Shown here: piece by piece, positions 51,952 to 62,324 of the stretch
Numbering within the stretch: the stretch's first letter is position 1
Layout of the letters: every line of letters starts with the position of its first letter
NCBI GenBank assembly: GCA_963707635.1
Contig: OY970173.1
Coordinates: 2,432,001 to 2,496,000 of the forward strand
DNA: 64,000 bases
Reading direction: 5' to 3'
Source: Candidatus Latescibacterota bacterium
GTDB lineage: Bacteria; Krumholzibacteriota; Krumholzibacteriia; WVZY01; JAKEHA01
Notes under the pieces: model-generated
Told to the model about the DNA's origin: nothing
What the model saw: the letters and a program-made list of their open reading frames with translations, nothing else
The model's database searches: none
Made by a program: the position numbers and the translations under genes

Positions 51952-52536
51952 CGCCCGCGCCGCACCACGCGCGGCGAGTTCCCGCACAGATCCACCAGCG
52001 TCGACGGAGCGCGGTCGTGCGTGTCGCCCAGCACGATCAGGTCCACTTCGGCGCCGAACTCGCGCCGGATCGCGTGCGCGTCGTCGAGCGGTTCCTCGCC
52101 CGCGCGATTGACGCTGGTGGAAACGATCGGCTCGCCCAGCTCCTCGATCAACGTCGCGCAGCGTCTCGAGCGCGGGAACCCGAATCGCGACCGTCGGCCC
52201 CACCCACGCCGGGCACGCGGGCCCGGCGGGAAGGATCACCGACAGGGGAGCCGGCCACATGGTCGAGAGCGTGTCGCGCGACGCACAGCCGAACGACCGC
52301 ACGAAACGCCCCGCCATCTCGACCGAGGAGGCGAGCAGGATATAGCGGCGGTCGTTGGGTGCGCGCTTGGCGGCGGAAATCCGGCGCACCGCGTCCTCGG
52401 CGGACAGCCGCGCGCTGAACCCGAAGAGCGTGTCGGTGGGGAGAACCACCACGCCGCCGCGTGCGAGGGTTTCGCGCGCCAGCTCCCGCGCGCGCACGTC
52501 GTCGATGGCGCCTGCGATCGAGGCGTCCCGGCTCAT
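51906..52536 (-). CDS. tsaC: L-threonylcarbamoyladenylate synthase (YrdC/Sua5), one-base frameshift near 52155
   Basis: PTDTLFG, KR, WPAPLSVIL and TVAIRVP are in one frame; PIVSTSVNRAGE, PSTLVD and RRG are in another. Confidence 0.87.
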
Positions 52537-53000
52537 CCGGCGCGCAGCTCCTCGCGGTACACCCGCAGCCGCTCGGCGATCTTCGCGTCCGCGAGGGCGA
52601 GGATCTGGGCGGCGAGGATGGCGGCGTTCTTCGACCCGTTGGAGCCGACACCCACGGTGGCGACCGGAATTCCGCCGGGCATCTGCACCATCGACAGGAG
52701 CGCGTCGATGCCGGACAGCGCGCCGCCGGGAATCGGCAGCCCGATCACCGGCCGCTGCGAGATGGATCCAATGACCCCGGGGAGCGCGGCGCTCAACCCG
52801 GCCGCGGCGATGAACACCTGCGTGCCGCCGGCGTCCGCCGCGCGCACGTACTCGTGCAGCGCCTCCGGCTGGCGGTGCGCCGAGATCACCTTCAACTCCC
52901 AGTCGATCCCGAACCGATCCAGGAGGTCGGTGGTCGCCTTGAGGTGACCTTCGTCGCTCGAGCTGCCCAGGAGAATCGCGACCCTCGGAGTCTTCGCCAT
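52533..53000 (-). CDS. purE: N5-CAIR mutase
   Basis: GSSSD, SAHRQP, AGLSAALPG and SMVQMPGGIPVATV. Confidence 0.96.
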   Translation of the reverse strand: MAKTPRVAILLGSSSDEGHLKATTDLLDRFGIDWELKVISAHRQPEALHEYVRAADAGGTQVFIAAAGLSAALPGVIGSISQRPVIGLPIPGGALSGIDALLSMVQMPGGIPVATVGVGSNGSKNAAILAAQILALADAKIAERLRVYREELRAG

Positions 53001-53001
53001 A

Positions 53002-54288
53002 CTACCTCTTCGTCCTTTCCGTCGAAGCCGCCAGATGGCGCCTTCCAATATCCTTCCGGTAGAACGCGCCCGCGATGCGCACGCTCGCCACCGCGTCGTA
53101 CGCGGCCCCGACCGCCGACGGCAGTCCGTCCGCCCACGCCGTCACCGCGAGCACGCGCCCGCCGGCGGTGACCACGCGGCCGTCCTGCGCGCGCGTGCCG
53201 GCGTGGAACACCGCCACGTTTTCGCCGCGCACCTCGTCCAGCCCTTCGATGGGAACGCCGGTATCGTACTGATCCGGGTATCCGCGCGAGGCCACCACGA
53301 CCGCGGCCGCGCTGCGCGCGAAGGTGTCGACGCGGTCCGGAACCCGCCCGGCGGCCGCGGCGGCGAACAGCTCCGCCGCGTCGTCCTTGAGCAGCGGCAT
53401 CAGCGCCTCCGTCTCCGGATCACCGAAGCGCGTGTTGAATTCCAGCACCCTCGGCCCGGACGACGTCCACATCAGGCCGGCGTAGAGCGTGCCGGTGAAG
53501 GGACTGCGCTCCGCGATCATCCCCTCGAGGACCGGTTCGACGACGGCACGCCGCACGAGGTCCAGGTCGGCGGGCTTGATCCACGGCACCGGCGCGATCG
53601 CCCCCATGCCGCCGGTATTGGGTCCGGTATCGCCGTCGAACGCGCGCTTGTGATCCTGCGAAGCGGGCAGCACCACCGCGCGGTCGCCCGCGCAGATCGC
53701 GTGCACCGACACCTCTTCGCCGGAGAGAAACTCCTCGACCACCACCCGTCGGCCCGCGTCGCCGAAGCGCCGCTCCACCATCATCTGGTCGATGGCGCGC
53801 GCGGCGGCGGCGTGGTCCGGCGCGATCACCACACCCTTGCCGGCGGCGAGCCCGTCCGCCTTGACGACGACCGGAGCGGCGAGCGATCGCGCAAAGTCTT
53901 TCGCGCGTGCGGCGTCGTCGAAGACGGCGAAAGCCGCGGTCGGGATGCCGTGGCGGCGCATGAAATCCTTCGCGAACGCCTTGCTGCCTTCCAGGCGCGC
54001 GGCGGCGGCGGTGGGGCCGTAGCACGCGACCTTCGCCGCGCGAAATCGGTCGACCAGTCCCGCGGCGAGCGGTGCCTCGGGCCCGACCACGGTGAGGTCG
54101 ACTTCCCGTTCGCGCGCGAAGGCGAGCAGCCGCTCGACGTCGGTAGCCGGGATGTCGACGTTCTCTGCGATGGCGGAAGTCCCGGCGTTGCCCGGCGCCA
54201 CGAACAGCGCCGTGACGCGGGTGGAGGAACGGATCGCCCACGCGAGCGCGTGCTCGCGCCCGCCCGAGCCGACCACCAGAACTCTCAA
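53002..54288 (-). CDS. purD: Phosphoribosylamine-glycine ligase
   Basis: VGSGGREHAL, GPEAPL, KADGLAAGKGV, QDHKR, NTGGMG and EFNTRFGDPE. The TTG start overlaps the upstream TGA. Confidence 0.96.
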   Translation of the reverse strand: MRVLVVGSGGREHALAWAIRSSTRVTALFVAPGNAGTSAIAENVDIPATDVERLLAFAREREVDLTVVGPEAPLAAGLVDRFRAAKVACYGPTAAAARLEGSKAFAKDFMRRHGIPTAAFAVFDDAARAKDFARSLAAPVVVKADGLAAGKGVVIAPDHAAAARAIDQMMVERRFGDAGRRVVVEEFLSGEEVSVHAICAGDRAVVLPASQDHKRAFDGDTGPNTGGMGAIAPVPWIKPADLDLVRRAVVEPVLEGMIAERSPFTGTLYAGLMWTSSGPRVLEFNTRFGDPETEALMPLLKDDAAELFAAAAAGRVPDRVDTFARSAAAVVVASRGYPDQYDTGVPIEGLDEVRGENVAVFHAGTRAQDGRVVTAGGRVLAVTAWADGLPSAVGAAYDAVASVRIAGAFYRKDIGRRHLAASTERTKR

Positions 54289-55454
54289 GACGCCGTCCCC
54301 GGCATCGACGCGGCGATCTTCTCGATCGCGCGCCGGATGTTCGCCTGCGAATTCGCATACGAGAGGCGAATGAACCCCTCGCCGTGGGTGCCGAAGGCCG
54401 TCCCCGACAGCACCGCGACGCCGGCCTTGTCCATCAGGTGATTCTCCATCTCCTTGGAGGTTCGTCCCGTGCCGGTGATGTCGGGGAACACGTAGAACGC
54501 GCCCGCCGGGCGGTGGCAGCGGAAGCCCGGAATGCGGTTCAGCCCGTCCACGATGAGGTCGCGGCGCAGGCGGAATTCCTGCACCATCCGGGTCACACTC
54601 TCCTGCGGGCCGCGCAGCGCCTCGATCCCCGCGATCTGCGTGAAGCTGGCGGTGCAGCTGTTGCAATTCGTGTTGAGTTTCGCGACCTTCAGCGCCATCT
54701 CCTTCGGCATGACGCCGTAGCCCAGACGCCACCCGGTCATGGCATAGGCCTTGGAGTGACCGTCGAGGATGATGGTGCGCTCGGGCATGCCGGGATACGC
54801 GTACGGGGTCACGTGCTCGCCCTCGTACATGATCCGCGAATAGATCTCGTCGGAGAGCACGTAGAAATCGTGCTTCACCGCCAGCTCGGAGAGACGCGCG
54901 ACCGTTTCGCGCGAGAGGATGGTACCGGTCGGGTTGTGGGGCGAATTGATGATGACCAGTTTGGTCTTCGGCGTCACCAGTGAGGCCAGGCGCTCGGGGT
55001 CGATCGCGAACCCGTCCGCGGTTCGCAGCGGAATTGGCACCCGCGTCGCCCCCACGTAGTCGATCATGCTCTCGTAAATCGGGAACCCGGGGTTGGGATA
55101 GATCACTTCGTCGCCGGGGTTGAGCAGTGCGAGCGCGGTGAAGAAGATGATCGGCTTGGCACCCGGCGTAATGACGACCTGCTGCGGATCCACCGACACG
55201 CCGCGTTGCGCGCTCACGTATTGCGCGACCGCTTCCCGCGCCTCCGGCATGCCCGCCGACGGTCCGTAGTGCGTGAAGCCGGCCTCGATCGCGCGAATCC
55301 CGGCCCGCTTGATGTTCTCGGGTGTGTCGAAGTCGGGCTCGCCGATCTCCAGGTGGATGATCTCGCGCCCCTTCGCTTCCAGGGCCCGGGCCCGCGCGAG
55401 CACCTCGAAGGCGGTCTCGGTGCCCAGATGGTTCATGCGCTGTGCAAATTTCAT
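54285..55454 (-). CDS. PLP-dependent aminotransferase class I/II (aspartate aminotransferase-like)
   Basis: IGEPDF, TPGAK, NSPHNPTG, SDEIY and SKAYAMTGWRLG. Confidence 0.95.
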   Translation of the reverse strand: MKFAQRMNHLGTETAFEVLARARALEAKGREIIHLEIGEPDFDTPENIKRAGIRAIEAGFTHYGPSAGMPEAREAVAQYVSAQRGVSVDPQQVVITPGAKPIIFFTALALLNPGDEVIYPNPGFPIYESMIDYVGATRVPIPLRTADGFAIDPERLASLVTPKTKLVIINSPHNPTGTILSRETVARLSELAVKHDFYVLSDEIYSRIMYEGEHVTPYAYPGMPERTIILDGHSKAYAMTGWRLGYGVMPKEMALKVAKLNTNCNSCTASFTQIAGIEALRGPQESVTRMVQEFRLRRDLIVDGLNRIPGFRCHRPAGAFYVFPDITGTGRTSKEMENHLMDKAGVAVLSGTAFGTHGEGFIRLSYANSQANIRRAIEKIAASMPGTAS

Positions 55455-55482
55455 GGTCGTCGCGTAAGCCGTTGAAAACATG

Positions 55483-55511
55483 ACGGTAGCAAGCGACGCC
55501 GTGCTTGTCAA
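55483..55511 (-). promoter_or_regulatory. Probable sigma70 promoter for aminotransferase-purD-purE-tsaC
   Basis: TTGACA-17-TACCGT. Confidence 0.55.
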
Positions 55512-55538
55512 AAGGGATTTGTCGCCGCCGGGGCGCCG

Positions 55539-56982
55539 CTAGAACGCCAGCGACGCGAAGAAACGAAGCGACGCGTCGGAACGCCCGGAGCACGATCCCT
55601 GCGCGCCGAGCCCCGCGTGGGCCCCCAGCGCGACCCGCACCGACGCGATCACCCCGGTGCCGCTGGCGGAGGTGGCGGTGAACGCGCTCGAGCCCACGAG
55701 GCCCGCGTTCGAAACGTACGCCACCTGTCCGCCGCGCAGCGCGAGGGCGCTTGCCCGCACCCGCGCGTCGAACGCACCCGCGCGCAACCGTCCCGCCCAC
55801 GTCACCACCAGCCCGGCGGCGGCGCCCGCGTCCCGGATCACCTCCAGACGGTACTGGTTCTCGACCGCGAGCGTCGGCGACAACGCATCGCGCGTGGACA
55901 GCGATACCCGCGCCCGCAGCTCGTCGTCGCGCGTGATGGAAGCGGGAACCACGAACGGCCCGGGCGGCGCGGACGTCTCCTCGTCGCGCGTGAAGCGTAC
56001 CCCGAGCTCGAGTCCGACCCGTGTGCTCACCCGCCACGCGCCGGACCACTCGACGCGCCGCCGGTGCGCTTCCGCGCCGGATCGCCGGCGCGTGCTCACC
56101 AGGAAGACCGTCCGGCTGGTTGCGGCGGCCCACGCGTCGCGACGTTCGATGGCACCGCCCCAGCGCGCGCTGGGGGTGAGAATTTCGTCCGGCGGAGTCG
56201 CGCCGGCGGCCACCGCTGCCCGCCACTGGTGCCGTTCGCCGACCACGGCGCGCGCCAGCGCCCGGGCCGTGCCGTGCGCCAGTCCGGCCTCCGCCGACAC
56301 CCATCCGCTGTCGGCATGGTGGCCTGCGAATGCGGACACCGCCGTTTCGCGTCGCCGGTCCGCCGCGCGCCACGCGCCGGCGCCGACGCCGGCCGTCGTG
56401 CCTCGCGCGCTCCACTCGAGGCTGGTCCACAGCGCGCGCGTGGAGGGGTCGTCGCGAACGCTCCATCCGCCGACCGATATGACGAACGGCTCCATCGCCA
56501 TCGCCACGCCGGCTCCGACGCTCGTGCCCCATACCAGGGTCGAGGGCACGAGGCGCAAGCCCGCGACGGCCGGCGACGGGCGCGCGTGAAGCTGGGCGTC
56601 ATCACGACGGTCGGCAAGCAGCGCTCCTTCGCCCACCGTCGGGCGTACGACCCCGGCCACGGCGTGGCGGAGCGTTCCGGACCCCGTCCATTCCACGGCC
56701 CCCGACACGGCCGATTCGGTGGTGCGCACCCGCGCCGACGCCCCGCGATACACCGGCGCGCGCGGACGCCACGCGTGTCTCCCCCATCATTGCGTTTGCA
56801 ATGAACGAGGCGCGGCTGTCGTCATCGACCTGTTCGTCCAGGACCAGACCCGGGTGCTCGTCGCCCCACTCGGCGCGCGTCGTGTCGGACGCGTCCGCGA
56901 CGCTCCTCGAAATCGGGCGCGGACCGCCGCACGCAGGCACGACGGTGAGCGCCGCGATCCACGCCGCCGCGCGCAGCTTCAT
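55539..56982 (-). CDS. Hypothetical envelope protein, probably one gene with a frameshift near 56755
   Basis: ATG 56982 is ATGA-coupled and gives the lipoprotein-like signal MKLRAAAWIAALTVVPAC. The beta-strand-rich 404 aa remainder, ending in F, is in another frame. Confidence 0.55.
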
Positions 56983-57752
56983 CGCGTCCACGTCACCGAG
57001 ACGCCATGGGAGAGACCCATCACCGCGTGGTGGGCCACCCCGGTCGCGACCTCCACACGATCCATCACGATGCGCGCCGCGACGCGCGAGGTATCGGTGC
57101 CGTCGTCGTAGCCTGCGATCAGCCCCAGCCGCGCGTCGGGACGCGCAACCACCGCCACGCCGGCGGCCACCACCCGTGACCCGTCGAAGCGCAGCGACCC
57201 CACGACGGTGGCCATCGCGCCCGCGCGTCCCAGAACCGCGACGGATACCGACGTCGACCGCACGAACGCGCCCGACATCGCTTCGACGTCGGCGACCAGG
57301 GAGACCGGGCCGAGGTCGGCGCGCGAGAACGCGCCGCCTAGCAGCGAGCGCTCGGAGAGGACGCCGCGCAGATCGACTTGCTCGACACCGGCCCGCATCC
57401 CACCCTGCCACACGCCGGCGTGGGCGTGCCCGGCTTCGACCACCACGCGCGTGTGGCCGCCGACCGGCGAATCGATCTGGGCCAGCTCGATCCGGAGCAT
57501 TGCTGGACCGAGCATTGCTGCGGATTGCACGCCGACGACGCGCAGACCGGCGATGCCGAACAGCTCCGCGTCGGCGACCTCGACGCTCCAGCGCCGGGGC
57601 TCGTTCCCTTCGACTGCACCCGGGTAGAGGGCCGTGCGCACCCCCACCGCGCGGTCGACGACACTCGGAAACGTCACCTGCGCGACGGCGGATCCCGCCA
57701 GAAACGCCGAGGCCACTGCGGCGAGCACTCCCCTACTGTCTCCGCGCCGCAC
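56979..57752 (-). CDS. Hypothetical outer-membrane beta-barrel-like protein
   Basis: Signal-like VLAAVASAFLAGSAVAQ, alternating strand pattern and LGL-like H..MGLSHGVSVTW end. Start is uncertain (57752-57791). Confidence 0.6.
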   Translation of the reverse strand: MRRGDSRGVLAAVASAFLAGSAVAQVTFPSVVDRAVGVRTALYPGAVEGNEPRRWSVEVADAELFGIAGLRVVGVQSAAMLGPAMLRIELAQIDSPVGGHTRVVVEAGHAHAGVWQGGMRAGVEQVDLRGVLSERSLLGGAFSRADLGPVSLVADVEAMSGAFVRSTSVSVAVLGRAGAMATVVGSLRFDGSRVVAAGVAVVARPDARLGLIAGYDDGTDTSRVAARIVMDRVEVATGVAHHAVMGLSHGVSVTWTR

Positions 57753-59430
57753 ATCCCACCACCACCTTCTCCACGCCCGCGCGCGTGCCATCGGACAAGA
57801 GCGCCTCGCACGCCACCACGTAGATTCCGGGAGGCACGATCCGTCCCATCGCGTCGCGGCCGTCCCATACCATCAAAGTCGGAAACGCCGAGGCGGCGCC
57901 CAGCTCCGCCACGCGCCGCCCGTCGAGGTCGTAGACGCGCGCCACGACCCGCGCCACCGCTGACCCCGGGTGCATTGCCACCCGAAGCAGTTCGCCCTCG
58001 TGCGGGGCGAACGGGTTGGGCGACGCGTCCACGCCGCCGGCACGGGGCGCGTCGTAGAGCGACGCGGAATTGGCAATGGCCGGTGAGCAACCACTCGCCG
58101 ACGACGAGAGCCGCCACACGGCCGGGCCTTTTCCGACGAAGAGGTCGACGCGCTCGAGGCTGCGACCGGCGAGCGAACTGCCGATGGCGGGATATGCGAC
58201 GGCATCCACCGCGATCCCGAGCGGGTCGAGAACCACGACGCTGTCGGCGACCGCGCCGCCCGAGCGGTTGAACGTCGGCCATGTGCCGGCCACACCGACC
58301 ACGCGGGACGGCGGGGCGGACGGCGCACAGGCGAGCAGGCCCGCGGGATCCGGCGTCACCGCCACCACCGCACCCGGCTCCAGGACGAACACATCCACCG
58401 CGAGCCGCGCGGGCCGGGCGCGCGTATCACGGAGCGAGAAACCGGCGAGGTCGATGGGCACCTCGCCGGCGTTCATCAATTCGACGAACTGGGGGCACCC
58501 GTCGCGCGGCGAGCTCCACACTTCGCTCACCAGGAGCGGAATTCGCGCGGCGCGACGCACCAGCGCCACCGCGTCGTTGGCCGCGCGCTCGTCCGGCCCG
58601 TAGCGCGTGCGGATCGAGAGCCAGTGGTAACCCGGGCCCAGGGCGACGTGCGCGAGCGTCTCAATCGACGCGCCCGGCGCGATGGCGAACGCGTTCGGCG
58701 CGCCGTCGAATGTCGTCGCACCGGCCGACGACGAATCGCGGCCCGAGACCTCCACCGCGCCAGCGGGCACGGGCTCGATGCCGAGGTTCACGATCAGCAG
58801 TCCCAGCCGCTCACGCCCCGGGCCGTCGCGCCCCGCGCGCGACGGAGTTCCGCTCGCGAGTGCGAGCGCCACGTCGTGGCGGGCGACGTTGCGTCTGCCC
58901 GGGGTTGGAAACGCCGCCACGAAGTCCGCGTCGTTGTCGTCGGTATCGACGCCGTCGCCCGCGCGGGCCAGCGACTGCCCGGCCGTCACCGCCCGGGCGG
59001 CCCGGGTCTCGACGTAGGCGTCGTCGTCGAGGCCGCCGTAGCCGACGACATCGAGCGCGGCGCCCGCAGCGTCCACGATCCGAATCGCGTCCGGCCCGTT
59101 CTGTAGCGAGAACGAGCTGACCGCGTCGGGCGGCGGACTCACTAGATCGCCGCCGATCACGAACAGCCCGTCGGCCGCGATCACTCGCCCGGGATCCGCG
59201 CGCCAGATCACCGTCCAGCCGGTCCCGGCGCCGTTGTGGAATTCCAGCGTCAGTCCGGCGATGTCGACCGGCAGCGGCCCGCCGTTGATCAGCTCGACGA
59301 ACTCGTGGCCGGCATCGGCGCCGGGATGGTCATAGTAGAGTTCATTGACGAGGATGCGCGCGGATGCACTTCCCGCGGCGATGCCGTACAGCGCAAACAA
59401 GAGAACGTACCGGAGAGACGAGCAGACCAC
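57733..59430 (-). CDS. Secreted lamin-tail-domain protein (two LTD plus FlgD-Ig-like C-terminus)
   Basis: ILVNELYYD..EFVELIN, LQNGPD, PTPG, LLVSEV..QFVELMN, SLER and SPNPFAP..WDGRD..PGIY. Confidence 0.85.
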   Translation of the reverse strand: MVCSSLRYVLLFALYGIAAGSASARILVNELYYDHPGADAGHEFVELINGGPLPVDIAGLTLEFHNGAGTGWTVIWRADPGRVIAADGLFVIGGDLVSPPPDAVSSFSLQNGPDAIRIVDAAGAALDVVGYGGLDDDAYVETRAARAVTAGQSLARAGDGVDTDDNDADFVAAFPTPGRRNVARHDVALALASGTPSRAGRDGPGRERLGLLIVNLGIEPVPAGAVEVSGRDSSSAGATTFDGAPNAFAIAPGASIETLAHVALGPGYHWLSIRTRYGPDERAANDAVALVRRAARIPLLVSEVWSSPRDGCPQFVELMNAGEVPIDLAGFSLRDTRARPARLAVDVFVLEPGAVVAVTPDPAGLLACAPSAPPSRVVGVAGTWPTFNRSGGAVADSVVVLDPLGIAVDAVAYPAIGSSLAGRSLERVDLFVGKGPAVWRLSSSASGCSPAIANSASLYDAPRAGGVDASPNPFAPHEGELLRVAMHPGSAVARVVARVYDLDGRRVAELGAASAFPTLMVWDGRDAMGRIVPPGIYVVACEALLSDGTRAGVEKVVVGCAARRQ

Positions 59431-59606
59431 CCCACCACCTCCACCACCCGAACACCACGCGCATGCTATGAGAACGACGCGCGCGAATCAATTTGCACGT
59501 GGTTCACACCCGGGGTGAACCTTGTGAACGGTGACAAGTCGTTCGCCTGACGACGGAAGGGCGATATATCGCCCGCAAAGGACAGCGACAGGACCCGCGT
59601 GGTTGA

Positions 59607-61793
59607 CTAGATCATGCCGGCGCGTTTGCGCAGGAGCCACTCGCAGGAGAGCAGGGCCAGCACCAGCACGAAAAGGAGCGCGCTGGAGCGCAGCACCGTT
59701 TCGGACGTCGTCGGCACGACGCGCGGCGAAACGTCGAGACGATCGGCCACGTCGGCGGCCTGTTCGAGGTTGAGGTAGGCGCCGCCGGTGCGGCGCGCGA
59801 TGCGCTCGAGCTGCGCCCGATCCTGCTGGGTGCGCTGGAATTCGACCGACGTCTCGGACACACGGATTTCGAGCGCCTTCGACTGGATCGCGCGGTCGGG
59901 CAGTTCCGCGCTTCCGCGCACCGTGTAGCGCCCCGGGGGGAGCGCGTCGAGCGCGACCGAGAGCCGGGTGTCGTCGGGACGCTCGCGGCGCATCGGCGTG
60001 CGGTCGAGCGGGGTTTCCGCTCCGTTCGCGCCGACGCGGGCCACTTCGACCCACACCGGCGCGCCGGTGACCGGCTGGAGTTTTTCGTTGAAGACCTCGG
60101 CGTAGAGCTCCGGCGCCTCGCCGGCGTCGAACACGTTCTTGCTCGCCACCAGCACGAAGCGACCCGATTCCTCCCCGCGCGTGAGCACGTCCAGGAGCCG
60201 GGTCATGAGTTCGTCGTACACACCGTTGCTCTCGGCGACGAACTTCCAGCGCCAGAGCGGCCCGGCCGCGATCGCCGCCACCCGTCCCTTGCCCACGGTC
60301 GCGTAGGCGAGCGCGGGAACGTTGCGCCCGCGGACCCCGACCAGCACCTCGGCGGCCGCCGTCGGCGCGACCCCGGCGTAGAAGCCGAGGAGCGGCGCGC
60401 GTTCCTGCCATTCCGATTGCGACAACAGCGGCACCAGGTCGGCGGTGACTGGGTTGGCAGCGGCCCGCGGGGCCGGACCCACGGACGTGTATTGGAGCGT
60501 GAACGAAAAGGGGGCGCTCCCTGCGACCGGCAACACGCCGGCCAGGCGGCCCCACGCCGCGGGAGTCTCGAACAGCGACGAGGGTCCCGGGAGAACCAGC
60601 AACCCGCCGCCGCGGTCGGAGACGAAGCGCCGGATGGCGTCCGTGACCGGTGCGGAGAGAAAGTCCTCGCTCACCGACGCGAGCACCACCGCGTCGGCGT
60701 CGGCGAGCGCCGCGACGAACTGGTCCGGGCGCCGGGCGCGGCCGATCGGGGCCGCAGGACGCCGGGAGGTGACGAACCACTCGTATTCGAGCGCGGGGTC
60801 ACGGGTGATCAACGAGGTGAGGAAGGAAAGCTCCCAGCCCGGAGTGAGGTCGACGATCAGGATCTTCGCGCGCGCCTTCTCGGCGTCGATCACGACCTCG
60901 CGGCGATTGTTGTCCGGCTCGGCGTCGGCTCCGGCCGCGGAGACGGTGAGCACGAACTCCCGGCGTCCCGCGGCCGCGACATGAACCGGGATGCGCACGG
61001 CGGCTTCGACGGCTCCGGCGGCGAGCGAGGTGTCCGCCTCGAACACGCTGCGTTCCCCTTCCGCGAGGCGCAGGTGGATCCGCTTGGCACGGGAACCGGT
61101 CGAGGCGACGGTTGCCGTAACGATGGCACGCGAGGGGGCCCTTACCACGGGGCTGTACGCGACGCCGGCGATACGCACGTCGTCCGGAGCCAGGGTATCA
61201 CCGACGCCGACGGTCCACACCGGCAAGTCGGGCAGCGGCGCGCGTACCAGCGACGGCTCCGTCTCGACCCCGTCTCCAATCGCGACCACGGCACTGACGT
61301 GTTCGCCTTCGTAGCGCGCGCCCAGTTCCCCCAGCGAGCCGACCAGATCGCTTCCCTGGCCGTCCGGGCGCAGGGTATCGCCCGCCTCGGGCTCGAGGTG
61401 GCCGGCGTAGTGAGCCACGTCGACGCGGGCTCCCCGCGCTTCCAGCCTTCGTCCCAGCTCGGCCGCGGTGCGCTCCGCGGCCGCGAACCGGCTCTCGCCC
61501 GCCTTGCCCCCGCCCGCCGGAAGCGACATGCTGGCGGAACGGTCGACCATCACCACCACACGCGCGGGTTCTTCGCGCTGCCCGGTCAGTATCGACCGGG
61601 GGTCCATCAATAGCATTGCCAGAATCACCAGAGCGAGCACCCGGAGGGTGAGCAGCAGGGACCGCATCCGGCCCGCGAGGACTGGGATCGTCCGCCAGTA
61701 CGCGAACAGGGAGACCGCCACGAGCAGCGCCGCCAGGGCGATTACCCAGGCGCGAACCGCGAGGCCGAGGCTGGCGTTGGTTTCGGAAAGCAT
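59607..61793 (-). CDS. Membrane protein with vWA-like, Ig-like and class I GATase-like domains
   Basis: LLLTLRVLAL, VDRSASM, IGDG, DNN, GGGLLV, GKGRV..LWRW and EWLLRKRAG. Confidence 0.8.
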   Translation of the reverse strand: MLSETNASLGLAVRAWVIALAALLVAVSLFAYWRTIPVLAGRMRSLLLTLRVLALVILAMLLMDPRSILTGQREEPARVVVMVDRSASMSLPAGGGKAGESRFAAAERTAAELGRRLEARGARVDVAHYAGHLEPEAGDTLRPDGQGSDLVGSLGELGARYEGEHVSAVVAIGDGVETEPSLVRAPLPDLPVWTVGVGDTLAPDDVRIAGVAYSPVVRAPSRAIVTATVASTGSRAKRIHLRLAEGERSVFEADTSLAAGAVEAAVRIPVHVAAAGRREFVLTVSAAGADAEPDNNRREVVIDAEKARAKILIVDLTPGWELSFLTSLITRDPALEYEWFVTSRRPAAPIGRARRPDQFVAALADADAVVLASVSEDFLSAPVTDAIRRFVSDRGGGLLVLPGPSSLFETPAAWGRLAGVLPVAGSAPFSFTLQYTSVGPAPRAAANPVTADLVPLLSQSEWQERAPLLGFYAGVAPTAAAEVLVGVRGRNVPALAYATVGKGRVAAIAAGPLWRWKFVAESNGVYDELMTRLLDVLTRGEESGRFVLVASKNVFDAGEAPELYAEVFNEKLQPVTGAPVWVEVARVGANGAETPLDRTPMRRERPDDTRLSVALDALPPGRYTVRGSAELPDRAIQSKALEIRVSETSVEFQRTQQDRAQLERIARRTGGAYLNLEQAADVADRLDVSPRVVPTTSETVLRSSALLFVLVLALLSCEWLLRKRAGMI

Positions 61794-61900
61794 TCGGGTC
61801 GCGCGCCGGCCGGCCGCTACCGGCCCGGAGCCACGACAGTATATACACCCGGGAGCGCCCGGCTATGCCGAAAGCGCAAGAGGAAGGGGAATTGTGCCCG

Positions 61901-62278
61901 TCACGCGGACGTGTCCGCCACTTTGAACGCTCCGATCGCGTCCTGCGTGGTCGGATAGGCTTCCAGAATCGAGTGGAACTCGAGCAGCTGGAAGACCTCG
62001 TGGACGTCGCCGGTCATTCCCGAGAGCTTGAGATCCCCGCCGTGGTTGCGGATGCGCTTGATCTCCCCGATGAAGATGCCCCAGCCCGCGGAGCTGATGT
62101 AGTTCACGCCGGAGAGGTCGACGACAATCTTGAAGAGACTCCGGTCGAGCAGCCCGTAGAGGGCGTTCTCCAGCTCGCCGGCGGTCGTGGTGTCGAGGTA
62201 TCCGCTTACCTTGAGGATCGATACCCCGGCGCTGTTGTTGCCCGAGATGACGCTCACAACGATTCCGTCTACAGACAT
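61901..62278 (-). CDS. STAS-domain anti-anti-sigma factor (copy 2)
   Basis: GYLDTTTA, VDLSGVNYISSAGWG and GGDLKL. Confidence 0.92.
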   Translation of the reverse strand: MSVDGIVVSVISGNNSAGVSILKVSGYLDTTTAGELENALYGLLDRSLFKIVVDLSGVNYISSAGWGIFIGEIKRIRNHGGDLKLSGMTGDVHEVFQLLEFHSILEAYPTTQDAIGAFKVADTSA

Positions 62279-62324
62279 CGCACCCTTCCTCATCCGGTTG
62301 TATACCCCGCCGGGGCCGCCGCGG

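Noticed and set aside
53002..56532. Apparent 1176 aa PurD fusion, and similar long N-terminal extensions on ORFs ending at 30698, 47073, 47480 and 26116
   Set aside because: The extensions are Arg/Gly-rich off-frame read-through of upstream genes. The real starts have an RBS, stop-start overlap or family-typical N-terminus.
57494..57520. Short duplication GAGCATTGCTG, twice
   Set aside because: It is a 15 bp-period in-frame micro-duplication inside a hypothetical gene, with no evidence of function.
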